From positions 1 to 64,000 of the IMG/VR virus record IMGVR_UViG_3300049489_000477: 64,000 bases of DNA, one strand, 5' to 3'. The notes beneath the pieces are model-generated. The model was given only the letters and a program-made list of their open reading frames with translations. It did no database searches and was not told the origin of the DNA. Made by a program: the position numbers and the translations under genes. This stretch comes from a virus. Of the stretch, positions 37,053-46,218 are shown one piece after another (positions within the stretch are counted from its first letter, which is position 1; the number at the start of each line of letters is the position of its first letter).

Positions 37053-37547
37053 TTAAATTGGGTTATGAACTACCCAATTTATATAATACCCCGATATATT
37101 CGTTGTACCAGACAATACAACCTTAAATGCTCCCGATACCGTATTTGTTACTGAACATACATATTGTACAGCCGATACACTCGGAACTTTCATAGTTGCA
37201 TTAACATTTGCGTCTTGTGGAATAGATGGATGGGTAATTGTATAAATGTCTATGTTTGGGTTACATTCAACGGTACCATACAGTGACGAACCTCCACCAC
37301 CAGTTGCATATATTATCCAATTGCTGTTTGTAATACCACCATATAGCTGGTATGTTTTATTATCAGCAACGACATACACCAACATACCTTCTTTTCTACG
37401 AGGTGACGGTATGGCGTCTCTTTCAGCTACGGTGGCTACCGCTCTATATCCACCGCGACCGTATGTATCGTCATGGGTTGCGTATGTATCCGCTGTATCG
37501 AACGGTACTACTCTTGCTGCGACATTGGTTCCGGGTATGGCTGTCAT
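37053..37547 (-). CDS. Small fibre-associated protein
   Basis: GGYRAVATVAERDAIP..RRKEGMLVYV...TYQL..G...NW motif common in phage fibres, plus the shared C-terminal ~70-aa module. Confidence 0.65.
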   Translation of the reverse strand: MTAIPGTNVAARVVPFDTADTYATHDDTYGRGGYRAVATVAERDAIPSPRRKEGMLVYVVADNKTYQLYGGITNSNWIIYATGGGGSSLYGTVECNPNIDIYTITHPSIPQDANVNATMKVPSVSAVQYVCSVTNTVSGAFKVVLSGTTNISGYYINWVVHNPI

Positions 37548-37556
37548 ATAACCTCG

Positions 37557-38540
37557 TTATGAAAATACCGCAGAGATTGAAGATCCATTCTGAACATTAT
37601 AACATCTGTATATGTAATAATTTTCTACAACACTCGTTCCACTGGTAACAGAAATGGTCGCTGGGGATACCGTTGAGACTGGAGGATTTAAAGGGTCGTA
37701 CCAATCAGTGAAAACTAAACTATTAATGACGGCTGTAGCTGTTCCAAGAGCCGCTGGGTAAGCGTAATAAAAATAATTTCCGCCAGAAGGAACAGCACAA
37801 TTAAATGTCATGGATTTTGCTTTGGCATTTGACAATTCATTGAATCCAGCCAATAGTTGTGCATTTGACGGTAATGAACCAGAGGCTGGTATGGTTCCCC
37901 AATACCTTCTCTTAAGGAATGTCATCGTGGCGTTTGCGGAAACATTTGTTATACCATTGGATGCTGTTAATGTAAATGTTGTGGTGGATGTATATGGTCC
38001 AGTTGCGAAGTGGTTTAAAGATGGTGGGGGTGATATAGATTGTCCAAGAATGCCTTGGCTTATCACTGGATTACTACCACCATATGACCATGTTAAGCTG
38101 GCTGGTGATTGTGATACGCCAAGTTCAACGGTTGATGGTGACACATTCAAGCTTGCCGACAATGGTGTATATAATGAAATGATAAATCTGTTGGCGGTTA
38201 CTTCTATAACTTGTATGCCGTTTACGCCTGTTATACCGACTGAAATATCCGAAAGAATGGATAGTGCGAATGTATTGGCTGCTACAAGTGTTGATGCTGT
38301 TGCTTCTGCAACGGTTGTGTCGAGTGTTGCATTATCAACGATGTTTAATTGATCTGGAGTTACGAATTGGAGCATATCTCCAGACAAACCAGTTGCGGTT
38401 GGTGCTGGTGCCATACCCAATAATGTTAGATTCTGTCCTCTTTCATAAGGAAGAACATATCCAGCCGAAGGATTAGACGATTGTGCGCCTACCTTAACTA
38501 CACCGTAAATCTCAAGGTCACCGTAATTTGTATTTGCCAT
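37557..38540 (-). CDS. Putative virion protein with Ig-like segment
   Basis: SLNVSPSTVELG..ASLTWS...TFTLTASNG, RYWG, YFYYAYPA motifs typical of phage structural proteins. Confidence 0.6.
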   Translation of the reverse strand: MANTNYGDLEIYGVVKVGAQSSNPSAGYVLPYERGQNLTLLGMAPAPTATGLSGDMLQFVTPDQLNIVDNATLDTTVAEATASTLVAANTFALSILSDISVGITGVNGIQVIEVTANRFIISLYTPLSASLNVSPSTVELGVSQSPASLTWSYGGSNPVISQGILGQSISPPPSLNHFATGPYTSTTTFTLTASNGITNVSANATMTFLKRRYWGTIPASGSLPSNAQLLAGFNELSNAKAKSMTFNCAVPSGGNYFYYAYPAALGTATAVINSLVFTDWYDPLNPPVSTVSPATISVTSGTSVVENYYIYRCYNVQNGSSISAVFS

Positions 38541-38950
38541 TATGCGATACTTTCAGCGATTTTAAGTGGTGGAAGTAGATTCGTCATGTTTGAATTGTGC
38601 TTCATGTTTATAAGTCTCATGGCTTCATCACTTATTTTCCTAACTATCTCTTTATCGGCGTCTGGTAACGAATTCCACATCTGAGCTATATCCGTATTTA
38701 ATGTAACTTGTATTTTATCTAAATTTTCTCTTGATCCTACAACATTTTTAACAGCAATCGGATATATTGGAGCCAACATGACAATAATGCTATTTTGATC
38801 GTTTCGTGGTAGTTGTTGTATTTTTCCATCAGACAATAACCAAATGACTACTCGCTGTAACGGTACATAGTTTTTTGCACCACCGGAAAATGTTGGGTCT
38901 TCGTATAAATTAGTATAGAAGCTCTCAAGAAGCGTAAGCCACAAATCCAT
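38540..38950 (-). CDS. Hypothetical protein, possibly head-packaged
   Basis: Begins MDLWLTLLESFYTNLYE; GAGGT RBS and late promoter upstream. Confidence 0.6.
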   Translation of the reverse strand: MDLWLTLLESFYTNLYEDPTFSGGAKNYVPLQRVVIWLLSDGKIQQLPRNDQNSIIVMLAPIYPIAVKNVVGSRENLDKIQVTLNTDIAQMWNSLPDADKEIVRKISDEAMRLINMKHNSNMTNLLPPLKIAESIA

Positions 38951-38965
38951 GAATGACCTCTAACT

Positions 38966-38973
38966 TATTTATA
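38966..38973 (-). promoter_or_regulatory. T4-type late promoter TATAAATA
   Basis: Octamer 16 nt upstream of the ATG at 38950, just after a terminator. Confidence 0.75.
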
Positions 38974-38995
38974 CAATTCGACAGTTATTAAAAAC

Positions 38996-39027
38996 AAAAA
39001 AATAAGCCACTAAAAAGTGGCTTATTT
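38996..39027 (-). terminator. Intrinsic terminator
   Basis: AAATAAGCCAC-taaaaa-GTGGCTTATTT inverted repeat with a T-run on the minus strand after guaC. Confidence 0.8.
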
Positions 39028-39051
39028 AAAAGTGTCGTTAACGAGGTAATA

Positions 39052-40044
39052 TTAACTAACGGTTATCAACTCAGCACCCATTAAGTCATGTAATACGGTG
39101 CCACCAGCATAACTCACGCTGCTTTGAAGGTCTTCCTTCAACTCAATAAGCAATTTTTCCATACTTCCCTTGTAATCGATGAGGATCTTCTTTCCTTCGA
39201 CGTTTTTATACTCGCCTTTGTTGTATTGGCTAGCCGAGCCATAATATTCTTTATATTGGTGCGGACGAAGCCCATCAAGAGACACTTCAATGATGTTTCC
39301 TGCTGATTCCTCGTATCCAGCAAAGAAACTGCCAGCCATGACCATATCGGCTCCACAAGCGATTGCTTTGGCAATATCACCATGCTCAACAATACCACCA
39401 TCGGCAATGAGTGGAATGTTAACGCCATTACAGTATTCCGCACAATCTAATACCGTGGAAACCATGGGGCGATGAAATCCCGTCTTGTTTTTTGTAATGC
39501 AAACTTTTCCACCAGCAATTCCAGCCTTAATAGCTGATGCACCCCACTTGTGTAACTCTTCACATGCTTTAGCGGTTGCGACATTCCCGACAATAAGGAA
39601 TGTTTTACCAACACAAAAGTTTTCATTAACATACTTGATCATTTTCTCAGCTTTTGGACACCAGCCATTCGCCACATCAAGTGTGATATATTCTGGACAT
39701 AGATGTGCTTTCACAAGTTCATCTAACTGGCTATAAGTATCTTCATTAACCCCTATGCTTACTGAGGCTATAAGATTCTGAGACTGCATTCTGTGTGTAA
39801 ATGCTACCAAGTCAACGCCGAAGCGGTGCATCGTATAAAATATATTCTTTTTTGCCAGGTACTCGCATGTTTCTTCGTTGACAACCGACTTCATATTCGC
39901 TGGATATACGGGCAATGCGAATTTTCGACCTCCGAACACAACAGAAATATCACATTCTTTTCTACTTCCGACCTTAGTTTTACCTGGAAGAAGATAAACA
40001 TCCGAGTAGTTGTATTCGCGTCTTAATATTTTAGACATACGCAT
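39052..40044 (-). CDS. guaC: GMP reductase (GuaC type 2)
   Basis: [56 protein letters not shown] (catalytic Cys), [36 protein letters not shown]. Confidence 0.9.
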   Translation of the reverse strand: MRMSKILRREYNYSDVYLLPGKTKVGSRKECDISVVFGGRKFALPVYPANMKSVVNEETCEYLAKKNIFYTMHRFGVDLVAFTHRMQSQNLIASVSIGVNEDTYSQLDELVKAHLCPEYITLDVANGWCPKAEKMIKYVNENFCVGKTFLIVGNVATAKACEELHKWGASAIKAGIAGGKVCITKNKTGFHRPMVSTVLDCAEYCNGVNIPLIADGGIVEHGDIAKAIACGADMVMAGSFFAGYEESAGNIIEVSLDGLRPHQYKEYYGSASQYNKGEYKNVEGKKILIDYKGSMEKLLIELKEDLQSSVSYAGGTVLHDLMGAELITVS

Positions 40045-40079
40045 CCTTTCTCAATCATTATAAGAAAGGATAAAGATTT

Positions 40080-40460
40080 TCAATCTGCTTTCTTGGGAAA
40101 CCAGCAATCCATATCAACCTTGAAACTAAAAATTATAGATTCAGTCTCACGAAGGTTGGCTTTTATAACTTCCAATTCGTTGTTTGAAATTTTAAAGCAC
40201 CGCACAACAAACCAATCTTTTCCATCTTTTGATTTGGTGACGGCTTTATCTTTATAAACACCGGTCTGATCAAATACCATAAGCGGCATATTTTTAGAGA
40301 AAAATTCTTTCACTTCATCCAGTGTCGTGAAATATTTTGATTCCATCAAATGAACCTTGTTGGCATCGGCTGTTGCGGCAAAAACGGGAACATTAACGAC
40401 AATGAAATTACATCCAAGCTCACGAAGTTCCTTTTTACCAAGCCACTTTAAGTCACCCAT
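40080..40460 (-). CDS. Hypothetical protein
   Basis: Start MGDLKW at 40460 with AGGAG RBS. Confidence 0.6.
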   Translation of the reverse strand: MGDLKWLGKKELRELGCNFIVVNVPVFAATADANKVHLMESKYFTTLDEVKEFFSKNMPLMVFDQTGVYKDKAVTKSKDGKDWFVVRCFKISNNELEVIKANLRETESIIFSFKVDMDCWFPKKAD

Positions 40461-40462
40461 AC

Positions 40463-41053
40463 TTACTCCTTTGTAATGTGCCAACAACGTCCGTTATTAG
40501 CAACGTTAAATTTGTTATTTTTGCAAAAGTCCACAACGGCTTCCCTAACCGTGAATCTTTTCTTTAGGCGACGATTTTTCCATGCCCAATCGTCTCCGAC
40601 TATTATAGCAGATGGGAACAATCTAAATGAAGTTTCTAAATCTTTTAAAACATCTTGATATTCATGACTCGCATCTATAAAGATCATTTCTGGACTGAAC
40701 CCCATATCTTTACACCACATCAATCCTGTTATCGTGTCGGTTTTAACTGGTAATATGCGGTCCCGATACTCCCAGCAGTTGACTATAAAAGTTTCATATA
40801 AAGTTGGCAGCTTACCTTTTACATCCGATCTTTCCAAGTGTTCAATCGATCCCTTCCAGTGATCAATCGCTATGACTTTGGCTTGTGTATTTTCACAAAA
40901 CCATCGGGTGCTTGATCCAAGCCATGATCCCAATTCAATAATAGTTTTCATGTCTGGTTTTAAAAGAGGCTTAAGGTAATCTTTTAAATCACGATTAAAC
41001 CAGCCATGATTATCGGCTGGTACAGCCGGTTTTTCTGCGGGGTATGTAAACAT
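40463..41053 (-). CDS. Class I SAM-dependent methyltransferase (Methyltransf_24-like)
   Basis: IIELGSWLGSST, IAIDHWKGS.EH, MIFIDASHEY..V..D, IVGDDW. Confidence 0.85.
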   Translation of the reverse strand: MFTYPAEKPAVPADNHGWFNRDLKDYLKPLLKPDMKTIIELGSWLGSSTRWFCENTQAKVIAIDHWKGSIEHLERSDVKGKLPTLYETFIVNCWEYRDRILPVKTDTITGLMWCKDMGFSPEMIFIDASHEYQDVLKDLETSFRLFPSAIIVGDDWAWKNRRLKKRFTVREAVVDFCKNNKFNVANNGRCWHITKE

Positions 41054-41070
41054 AAGTTAATTATAACAGA

Positions 41071-42729
41071 TTATGGTGAGCTAGACGAACTGTTGTCCAT
41101 AATTATTATACCAGAGAAACTACTGATACTTGATTGTGAATCGGACCATGTACTGAATGATCTACTTGAATGACTGCTATCCGAGCTTGACGAGCTTGAG
41201 CTTGAGGATGATGAGCTATTTGACGATGAGCTATTTGACGAACGGCTGGATGAGCTAGATGACGAGACGCTAGATGATGTCAGCAATGGACCCATCGAAT
41301 CTGAATCGCTCATTGACGATGATGAGGACGATGGCTTTGGTTGACACAATGATGTAGCCTTGACATCGGCATATGTGTTTGTGTTTTCGGTATGTTGTGG
41401 ACCATCAAGGTACAATTCTGAAACATTTAACTGCAACATATCCGATTCTTCGGATTCATATGTTGGCATGGATGTTTCATCTATCCATTCTCTCGTCAAC
41501 TCTTCGTTATATAAGAATCTGCCTTGTGGTTGCATCTTATCGGATCTAGTAAACAGATCGAAGAAACCGCTTGTAGCTTTGGTAAGTACCAAAAGCTCAA
41601 CATCTTGACGGTATACTTTGTTTTCTTGCTTATCCCAATCTCTTTCAAATGTTCTGTAGTAATCACTGGATTCATCGTCAGAGCAATTTCTATAATGAGT
41701 CGTATACTTCATGATTCTATAATTCCACATGAAGTAACCGTCTGTTGTCTCTTCTGCCTTGACTCTGTAGTACCAACCACTTCTTATGAAATATGGAACA
41801 ATAGGTGAACCAGAAATATCAGGATCGTATGGTCCAGATGTGACTGTGAATGTATATGTGTCTGCTGTCCAGCTACAGAATTCACCATCACAGCCAAGTG
41901 TGGCAAGTTCTTGCTTCTTTCTAAAGTCATATCCACAGACATATGTGATGGCTTTCTCTGAGCAATAATCTTCCGGTTGGACTGAGCTTGAAATCGACAG
42001 TGGATCATCGATATCTGCACCACTGTAATATGGATCGTCACAACATGGTATTGGTCTGGTGCATTCTTCGTCAAACCGTAACTGGAGTGTATTTCCAGTG
42101 TCTTGAATTTTTACACACTTACCAGCTATCAGCTTATTCATGTAAAAAGTCGTATTACCATACTTATCAACAGTCTTGTGGGTGAATAAGCTTGGGTTGA
42201 ATGACGATGTATTCTTTATATCAAAGGTATGTGCTTTGACTACCAATGAGTCTGGTTTCACCGATTGAGTAACCGTCGAATATGATCCATCTGGTTGCTT
42301 ATAGTAGGTTACGCCGTCGTATCCAACATAGAAGCTTGCGTCACTGGCTTCAAGAACGATCCATGCAGCCGATGATGTTGTTCCAGTATTTGTCAGACTC
42401 TTGAAGAAGTAGGATATATCACCACTTGCATGTTGTGTATATGAAAGGAGATTGTATGCGCTCAAATTCGGTGTGTATGGTTCGAAGTCAAAGAATTTTG
42501 CATCAATGAATGTATTCGGATCTATATCGGTTGGATTATCAATGCGTATGTTACGACCAGGCACAATGGTTCCAAACATGAATGTGGCGAAACAATTGTC
42601 GCCTTCTTTTAAGACATTCTGCTTCTGTGGGGTATCAACTAAATGCGTTTTACCGACATAAACGAAGCCCTCTGTCGTTGCGAGATTTTTCACTTCAAAT
42701 ACATTGGCTGGTACTGAGTTTTCTAACAT
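41071..42729 (-). CDS. Protein with C-terminal poly-Ser tail
   Basis: Last ~85 aa dominated by Ser; contains PIPCCDD; paralogous segments with the upstream gene. Confidence 0.7.
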   Translation of the reverse strand: MLENSVPANVFEVKNLATTEGFVYVGKTHLVDTPQKQNVLKEGDNCFATFMFGTIVPGRNIRIDNPTDIDPNTFIDAKFFDFEPYTPNLSAYNLLSYTQHASGDISYFFKSLTNTGTTSSAAWIVLEASDASFYVGYDGVTYYKQPDGSYSTVTQSVKPDSLVVKAHTFDIKNTSSFNPSLFTHKTVDKYGNTTFYMNKLIAGKCVKIQDTGNTLQLRFDEECTRPIPCCDDPYYSGADIDDPLSISSSVQPEDYCSEKAITYVCGYDFRKKQELATLGCDGEFCSWTADTYTFTVTSGPYDPDISGSPIVPYFIRSGWYYRVKAEETTDGYFMWNYRIMKYTTHYRNCSDDESSDYYRTFERDWDKQENKVYRQDVELLVLTKATSGFFDLFTRSDKMQPQGRFLYNEELTREWIDETSMPTYESEESDMLQLNVSELYLDGPQHTENTNTYADVKATSLCQPKPSSSSSSMSDSDSMGPLLTSSSVSSSSSSSRSSNSSSSNSSSSSSSSSSSSDSSHSSRSFSTWSDSQSSISSFSGIIIMDNSSSSSP

Positions 42730-42732
42730 GTA

Positions 42733-44406
42733 TTACTCGCTAGATGGACTTGATAGGCTTGATGGACTTGTTGAGCTTGACGAATTACTCGAACTTGAGG
42801 AACTGGATGAGCTTGATGTGCTGGATGGGCTTGGTGAACTGGATGACTGTGACGATGATGTGTTGCTTGAGTCACTTGAATCGCTTGAGTCGCTTGAGTC
42901 ACTTGATGACGAATTACTGGATGAACTATCGGAAGATGAACTCAAAGATGCGCTGCTAAACGATCTGGAATACGAAGAAGAAGATGTAAGTGTCGAATCA
43001 GAACTTGATGAATTTGTTGAGTTTGAAGAATCAGAACTGAATGAACGCGAGAAGCTACTTTCAGAATTTGTCGATACGCTAGATGGTGACGATGCTGTTG
43101 AAGACGATGAATCGCTGCTTTGCGATGTCTGTGAAATCTCATTTGAACTTGATGAGCTATTCGATGAGCTACTTTCAGAGCTACTGGATGAGCTTGTTGA
43201 TGAGCTACTGGATGAGCTACTTGATGTACTGCTTGACGAATTCGATGAGCGTGAACTGAAGCTTGATTCGGATGAAAGACTTGAATCTGAAGATTCTGAT
43301 TGCGATGATTGATCTGCACATTCGCAGCAATTGCCGTTGTGGAAGAAATCGACTCCGATTTCAATTCCACCATCTTTTTCTTGTATGGTTATGCCACGAC
43401 CCTCTTCGAAAGATTTCAAGAAATATGAGGCTATTTGGCGACCATATATTTTGGAGTTTTCATAGGGTTCTAGCGTGCTTCCACCGATGATACTTACTTG
43501 ATTCTTAAAATGTTCTTGTGGTGCATCTTCAAGTAGATATTCCCATCCTACTAACTTGATAGAGGATTGTGTATATTCATAATTTATTTCGTTAAGACCA
43601 AATTCGTTGTCAATTTTGTCTGATGCACCGAATGATTTTACTAAGAATATACTTCCATATGCCCATTCATATCGTGAACCCACGGAATATGGCTTACCAG
43701 CCTTATCAACCGCATTTGTATATCCAACACCAACACTGTTTGTGCTAAATGTTTCCCATGATCCATCAAACCATGTATCGTAGTGGGTCGGTATATCTGA
43801 TACGACCGATATTCCGCTTCCGTTCTTAACAACAAGCAACTCAATTGCTCGTAATTCAACTTGTGAATCACGCTGATTGATGAAAATTGTTTGCGTTTGG
43901 TTAGAATTTTTTGGGACAACAAAGCCAGCGTTATATGGGGCTACAGTGTTATCTGCTGTATTTACGGTAACACCACGATTGAGAGATTTTTTAGGAATGA
44001 CATTCGCAAAAAGAAATGATGTTTCGCAATCCTTTACCAATTCTGAGAAAAAACTAGGCTTATATTGGCGAACTTCTGGATTAAAATATAGAAACTCTTC
44101 TGTTGGATCTTGTGGTGAGCCTATAAAAATAGGAACTGGTGTGAATGTTTCTTTTCCGTTGCTTTTAAAACCACGATGATTGGCAATAGACTTTAACTGC
44201 GTGCCGGGAATGGTCGCATCTTTACTTTCATCAATTTTTAAAAGAGACTCTAGTAATTTTTTGGCATTGGTATCTTCAACATGTGCGTTAATGAACTCGA
44301 TGTTTATTTCTGGATAGACTTTCGTTGTGGTATACGGTAAATCTTTGACCGCATCTGGATTGGCATCTTTATATGGTATGGTTCGTGGTTTGTTGAATAA
44401 TGCCAT
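42733..44406 (-). CDS. Protein with ~190-aa C-terminal poly-Ser tail
   Basis: After NCCECAD the sequence is almost wholly Ser with interspersed D/E/N/T/P, encoded by mixed TCN/AGY codons. Confidence 0.75.
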   Translation of the reverse strand: MALFNKPRTIPYKDANPDAVKDLPYTTTKVYPEINIEFINAHVEDTNAKKLLESLLKIDESKDATIPGTQLKSIANHRGFKSNGKETFTPVPIFIGSPQDPTEEFLYFNPEVRQYKPSFFSELVKDCETSFLFANVIPKKSLNRGVTVNTADNTVAPYNAGFVVPKNSNQTQTIFINQRDSQVELRAIELLVVKNGSGISVVSDIPTHYDTWFDGSWETFSTNSVGVGYTNAVDKAGKPYSVGSRYEWAYGSIFLVKSFGASDKIDNEFGLNEINYEYTQSSIKLVGWEYLLEDAPQEHFKNQVSIIGGSTLEPYENSKIYGRQIASYFLKSFEEGRGITIQEKDGGIEIGVDFFHNGNCCECADQSSQSESSDSSLSSESSFSSRSSNSSSSTSSSSSSSSSTSSSSSSESSSSNSSSSSNEISQTSQSSDSSSSTASSPSSVSTNSESSFSRSFSSDSSNSTNSSSSDSTLTSSSSYSRSFSSASLSSSSDSSSSNSSSSDSSDSSDSSDSSNTSSSQSSSSPSPSSTSSSSSSSSSSNSSSSTSPSSLSSPSSE

Positions 44407-44684
44407 TAGGTTTCTTTGTTAAGTAGCTGCTCCGCTTTTTCCTTTGGAATGTCTATCTTGAAATAGAATGGTAACTTCTCTACATCTGATAAGTCTAAGC
44501 CAACATCAATCCGAGAAACGAATTCTTCACCCAATCTTTCATGAACGAGTGATGTAATCTTTGAACGGAGGTAGTGTAGGCTATCGGCAGTAAAATACTT
44601 TGATTCATCAACATACTTGTTGACTACTTCAGTAATGCACTTTTCTACAACGGCTTGTGAGGCTGAATCTAGTTTATTATCCAT
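44406..44684 (-). CDS. Hypothetical protein
   Basis: 92-aa ORF with AAGGA RBS and TATAAT upstream; TAATG coupling to the next gene. Confidence 0.6.
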   Translation of the reverse strand: MDNKLDSASQAVVEKCITEVVNKYVDESKYFTADSLHYLRSKITSLVHERLGEEFVSRIDVGLDLSDVEKLPFYFKIDIPKEKAEQLLNKET

Positions 44685-44707
44685 GAGTTATCCTTTACTC
44701 TATTATA

Positions 44708-45964
44708 CTACGGACTACCCAAAGCCGCGTCCAATTTTGATTCTAAATCTTCCCCACCAGCGTCCCCACCAGCATCGGCTTCTGGGGCTGCTCCTGCGTC
44801 TGCACCAGCGTCCGCGCCACCTTCGGCACCAGCTTCTGGAGCGGCTTCACCACCAGGCGGCATTTCGGCTCCCGTATCCAATGCTTCGTCGCTTGGGGCT
44901 GCATCTGGTGCGGCTTCTCCACCAGCAGCATCGGCTTCTGGCTCTTCTTCAACTTTTATAGTAGCGAACACACCATTTCTATCTGTCGAACTTTCCAAAT
45001 ATCCAGCAGCCATGGCACGGTATACGGAACTGCGGAGATAATCTTGATTGTCTTTGTTTTCTTTTATAAATTCATCAACGGATTTTGGTGTCTTAACATA
45101 CAGCTTATTGAACGGGATCATATCGTTGTCTGATTTATCAAAAAACTTCAAAGTCAACATGTTTGGGGTTATGGATTCTCTTTCAGCGAAATTGACTTTT
45201 ATGCTTTGAACGAAATCCAACGCATCCATGTTGTCAACCCAATTCTCACCAAAACGCTGGGTTACGAACGAGTCTATTTTACTAAATGCATTCTTTAACA
45301 AGTTAGGATCGCTATCATCGATTTTCTGCATTTCGTTTGTGTTTTTATCTAAATGATAGATTGGTATTCTTGAGTTGAAAAGAACGATATTCTTCTCTCT
45401 TTTATTTAACAAATCGTATTCTGCTCGTAGGTCTTTACCCTTGGTCAAGTATGATTCGTATTGTTCTGGTGTTAGTCTGAAAATAAGCTTATCAACAGGT
45501 AGACCGGCTTTTCTTTCAGCATCACTCATCAATTGACCGGGATCAATACCCGCATTATTGAAACGGAATTTAGCTAATCTAATGTTGTTTGGATTGGTTA
45601 AACCATAATCGGTTTCTGGGGTACCGACATCGGTAAACATTTCTTGTATTTTGCTCTCGTCAGATCCACCAGCATCACTACCAACCATTATAGTGTCACC
45701 AGTGCCTGGTACTTGCTCTTCGCCACCAGCATCAGGTTCATTCAAAGCGGCTTCTGCGTCTGGACTTGTTGGTGCTGCATCTGGTGCGTCTGCTGGATCG
45801 GCGGCGGGATCGGCTGGTTTAGCAGGGTCCGCTGCGGCTGGATCTTCACCAGCTTTATCTTGACCCAACGAAGGATCGTCTAAAATATCATCTAATTTAG
45901 CATCAGCATCTTCATTTATACCGAATATCGTTTTTAGGCTCTCACGGAGCAGATTACCAGCCAT
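44708..45964 (-). CDS. Acidic protein with Ala/Asp/Pro/Gly low-complexity arms, possibly prohead core/internal protein
   Basis: Begins MAGNLLRESLKTIFGINED; disordered acidic N- and C-terminal arms; late promoter and GAGGT RBS. Confidence 0.6.
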   Translation of the reverse strand: MAGNLLRESLKTIFGINEDADAKLDDILDDPSLGQDKAGEDPAAADPAKPADPAADPADAPDAAPTSPDAEAALNEPDAGGEEQVPGTGDTIMVGSDAGGSDESKIQEMFTDVGTPETDYGLTNPNNIRLAKFRFNNAGIDPGQLMSDAERKAGLPVDKLIFRLTPEQYESYLTKGKDLRAEYDLLNKREKNIVLFNSRIPIYHLDKNTNEMQKIDDSDPNLLKNAFSKIDSFVTQRFGENWVDNMDALDFVQSIKVNFAERESITPNMLTLKFFDKSDNDMIPFNKLYVKTPKSVDEFIKENKDNQDYLRSSVYRAMAAGYLESSTDRNGVFATIKVEEEPEADAAGGEAAPDAAPSDEALDTGAEMPPGGEAAPEAGAEGGADAGADAGAAPEADAGGDAGGEDLESKLDAALGSP

Positions 45965-45982
45965 AGTAATACCTCATAAGCA

Positions 45983-45990
45983 TATTTATA
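45983..45990 (-). promoter_or_regulatory. T4-type late promoter TATAAATA
   Basis: Octamer 19 nt upstream of the ATG at 45964. Confidence 0.75.
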
Positions 45991-46002
45991 TAACTTTAGG
46001 TA

Positions 46003-46218
46003 TTAGCCCTTTATTACTTGTTTTGCATTTACTGGTCTAAAAGGACAATTTGTGCAATTCGTCACATGCATGTTTTTTACAGCATAGGCTTCACAATTCA
46101 CATATTTTGGATCTTGATGATATGTATTGTTACATGTACAACCAGCATATCCCATTCCGACTCGATGTGGACATGGATATTTGCTTACTATTTCGTCGTA
46201 CTTTTCTTGAGGGGTCAT
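46003..46218 (-). CDS. Small Cys-rich protein
   Basis: CPH..CTC..C..CTNCPF; TAATG coupling to the upstream gene. Confidence 0.55.
   Translation of the reverse strand: MTPQEKYDEIVSKYPCPHRVGMGYAGCTCNNTYHQDPKYVNCEAYAVKNMHVTNCTNCPFRPVNAKQVIKG

Noticed and set aside
42704-43312. 202-aa highly acidic Asp/Glu/Leu ORF on the + strand that looks like a DNA-mimic protein
   Set aside because: It is the antisense shadow of the poly-Ser tail (Ser codon runs read as GAT/GAG/CTT in reverse), has no clear RBS or ATG, and lies inside a minus-strand operon.
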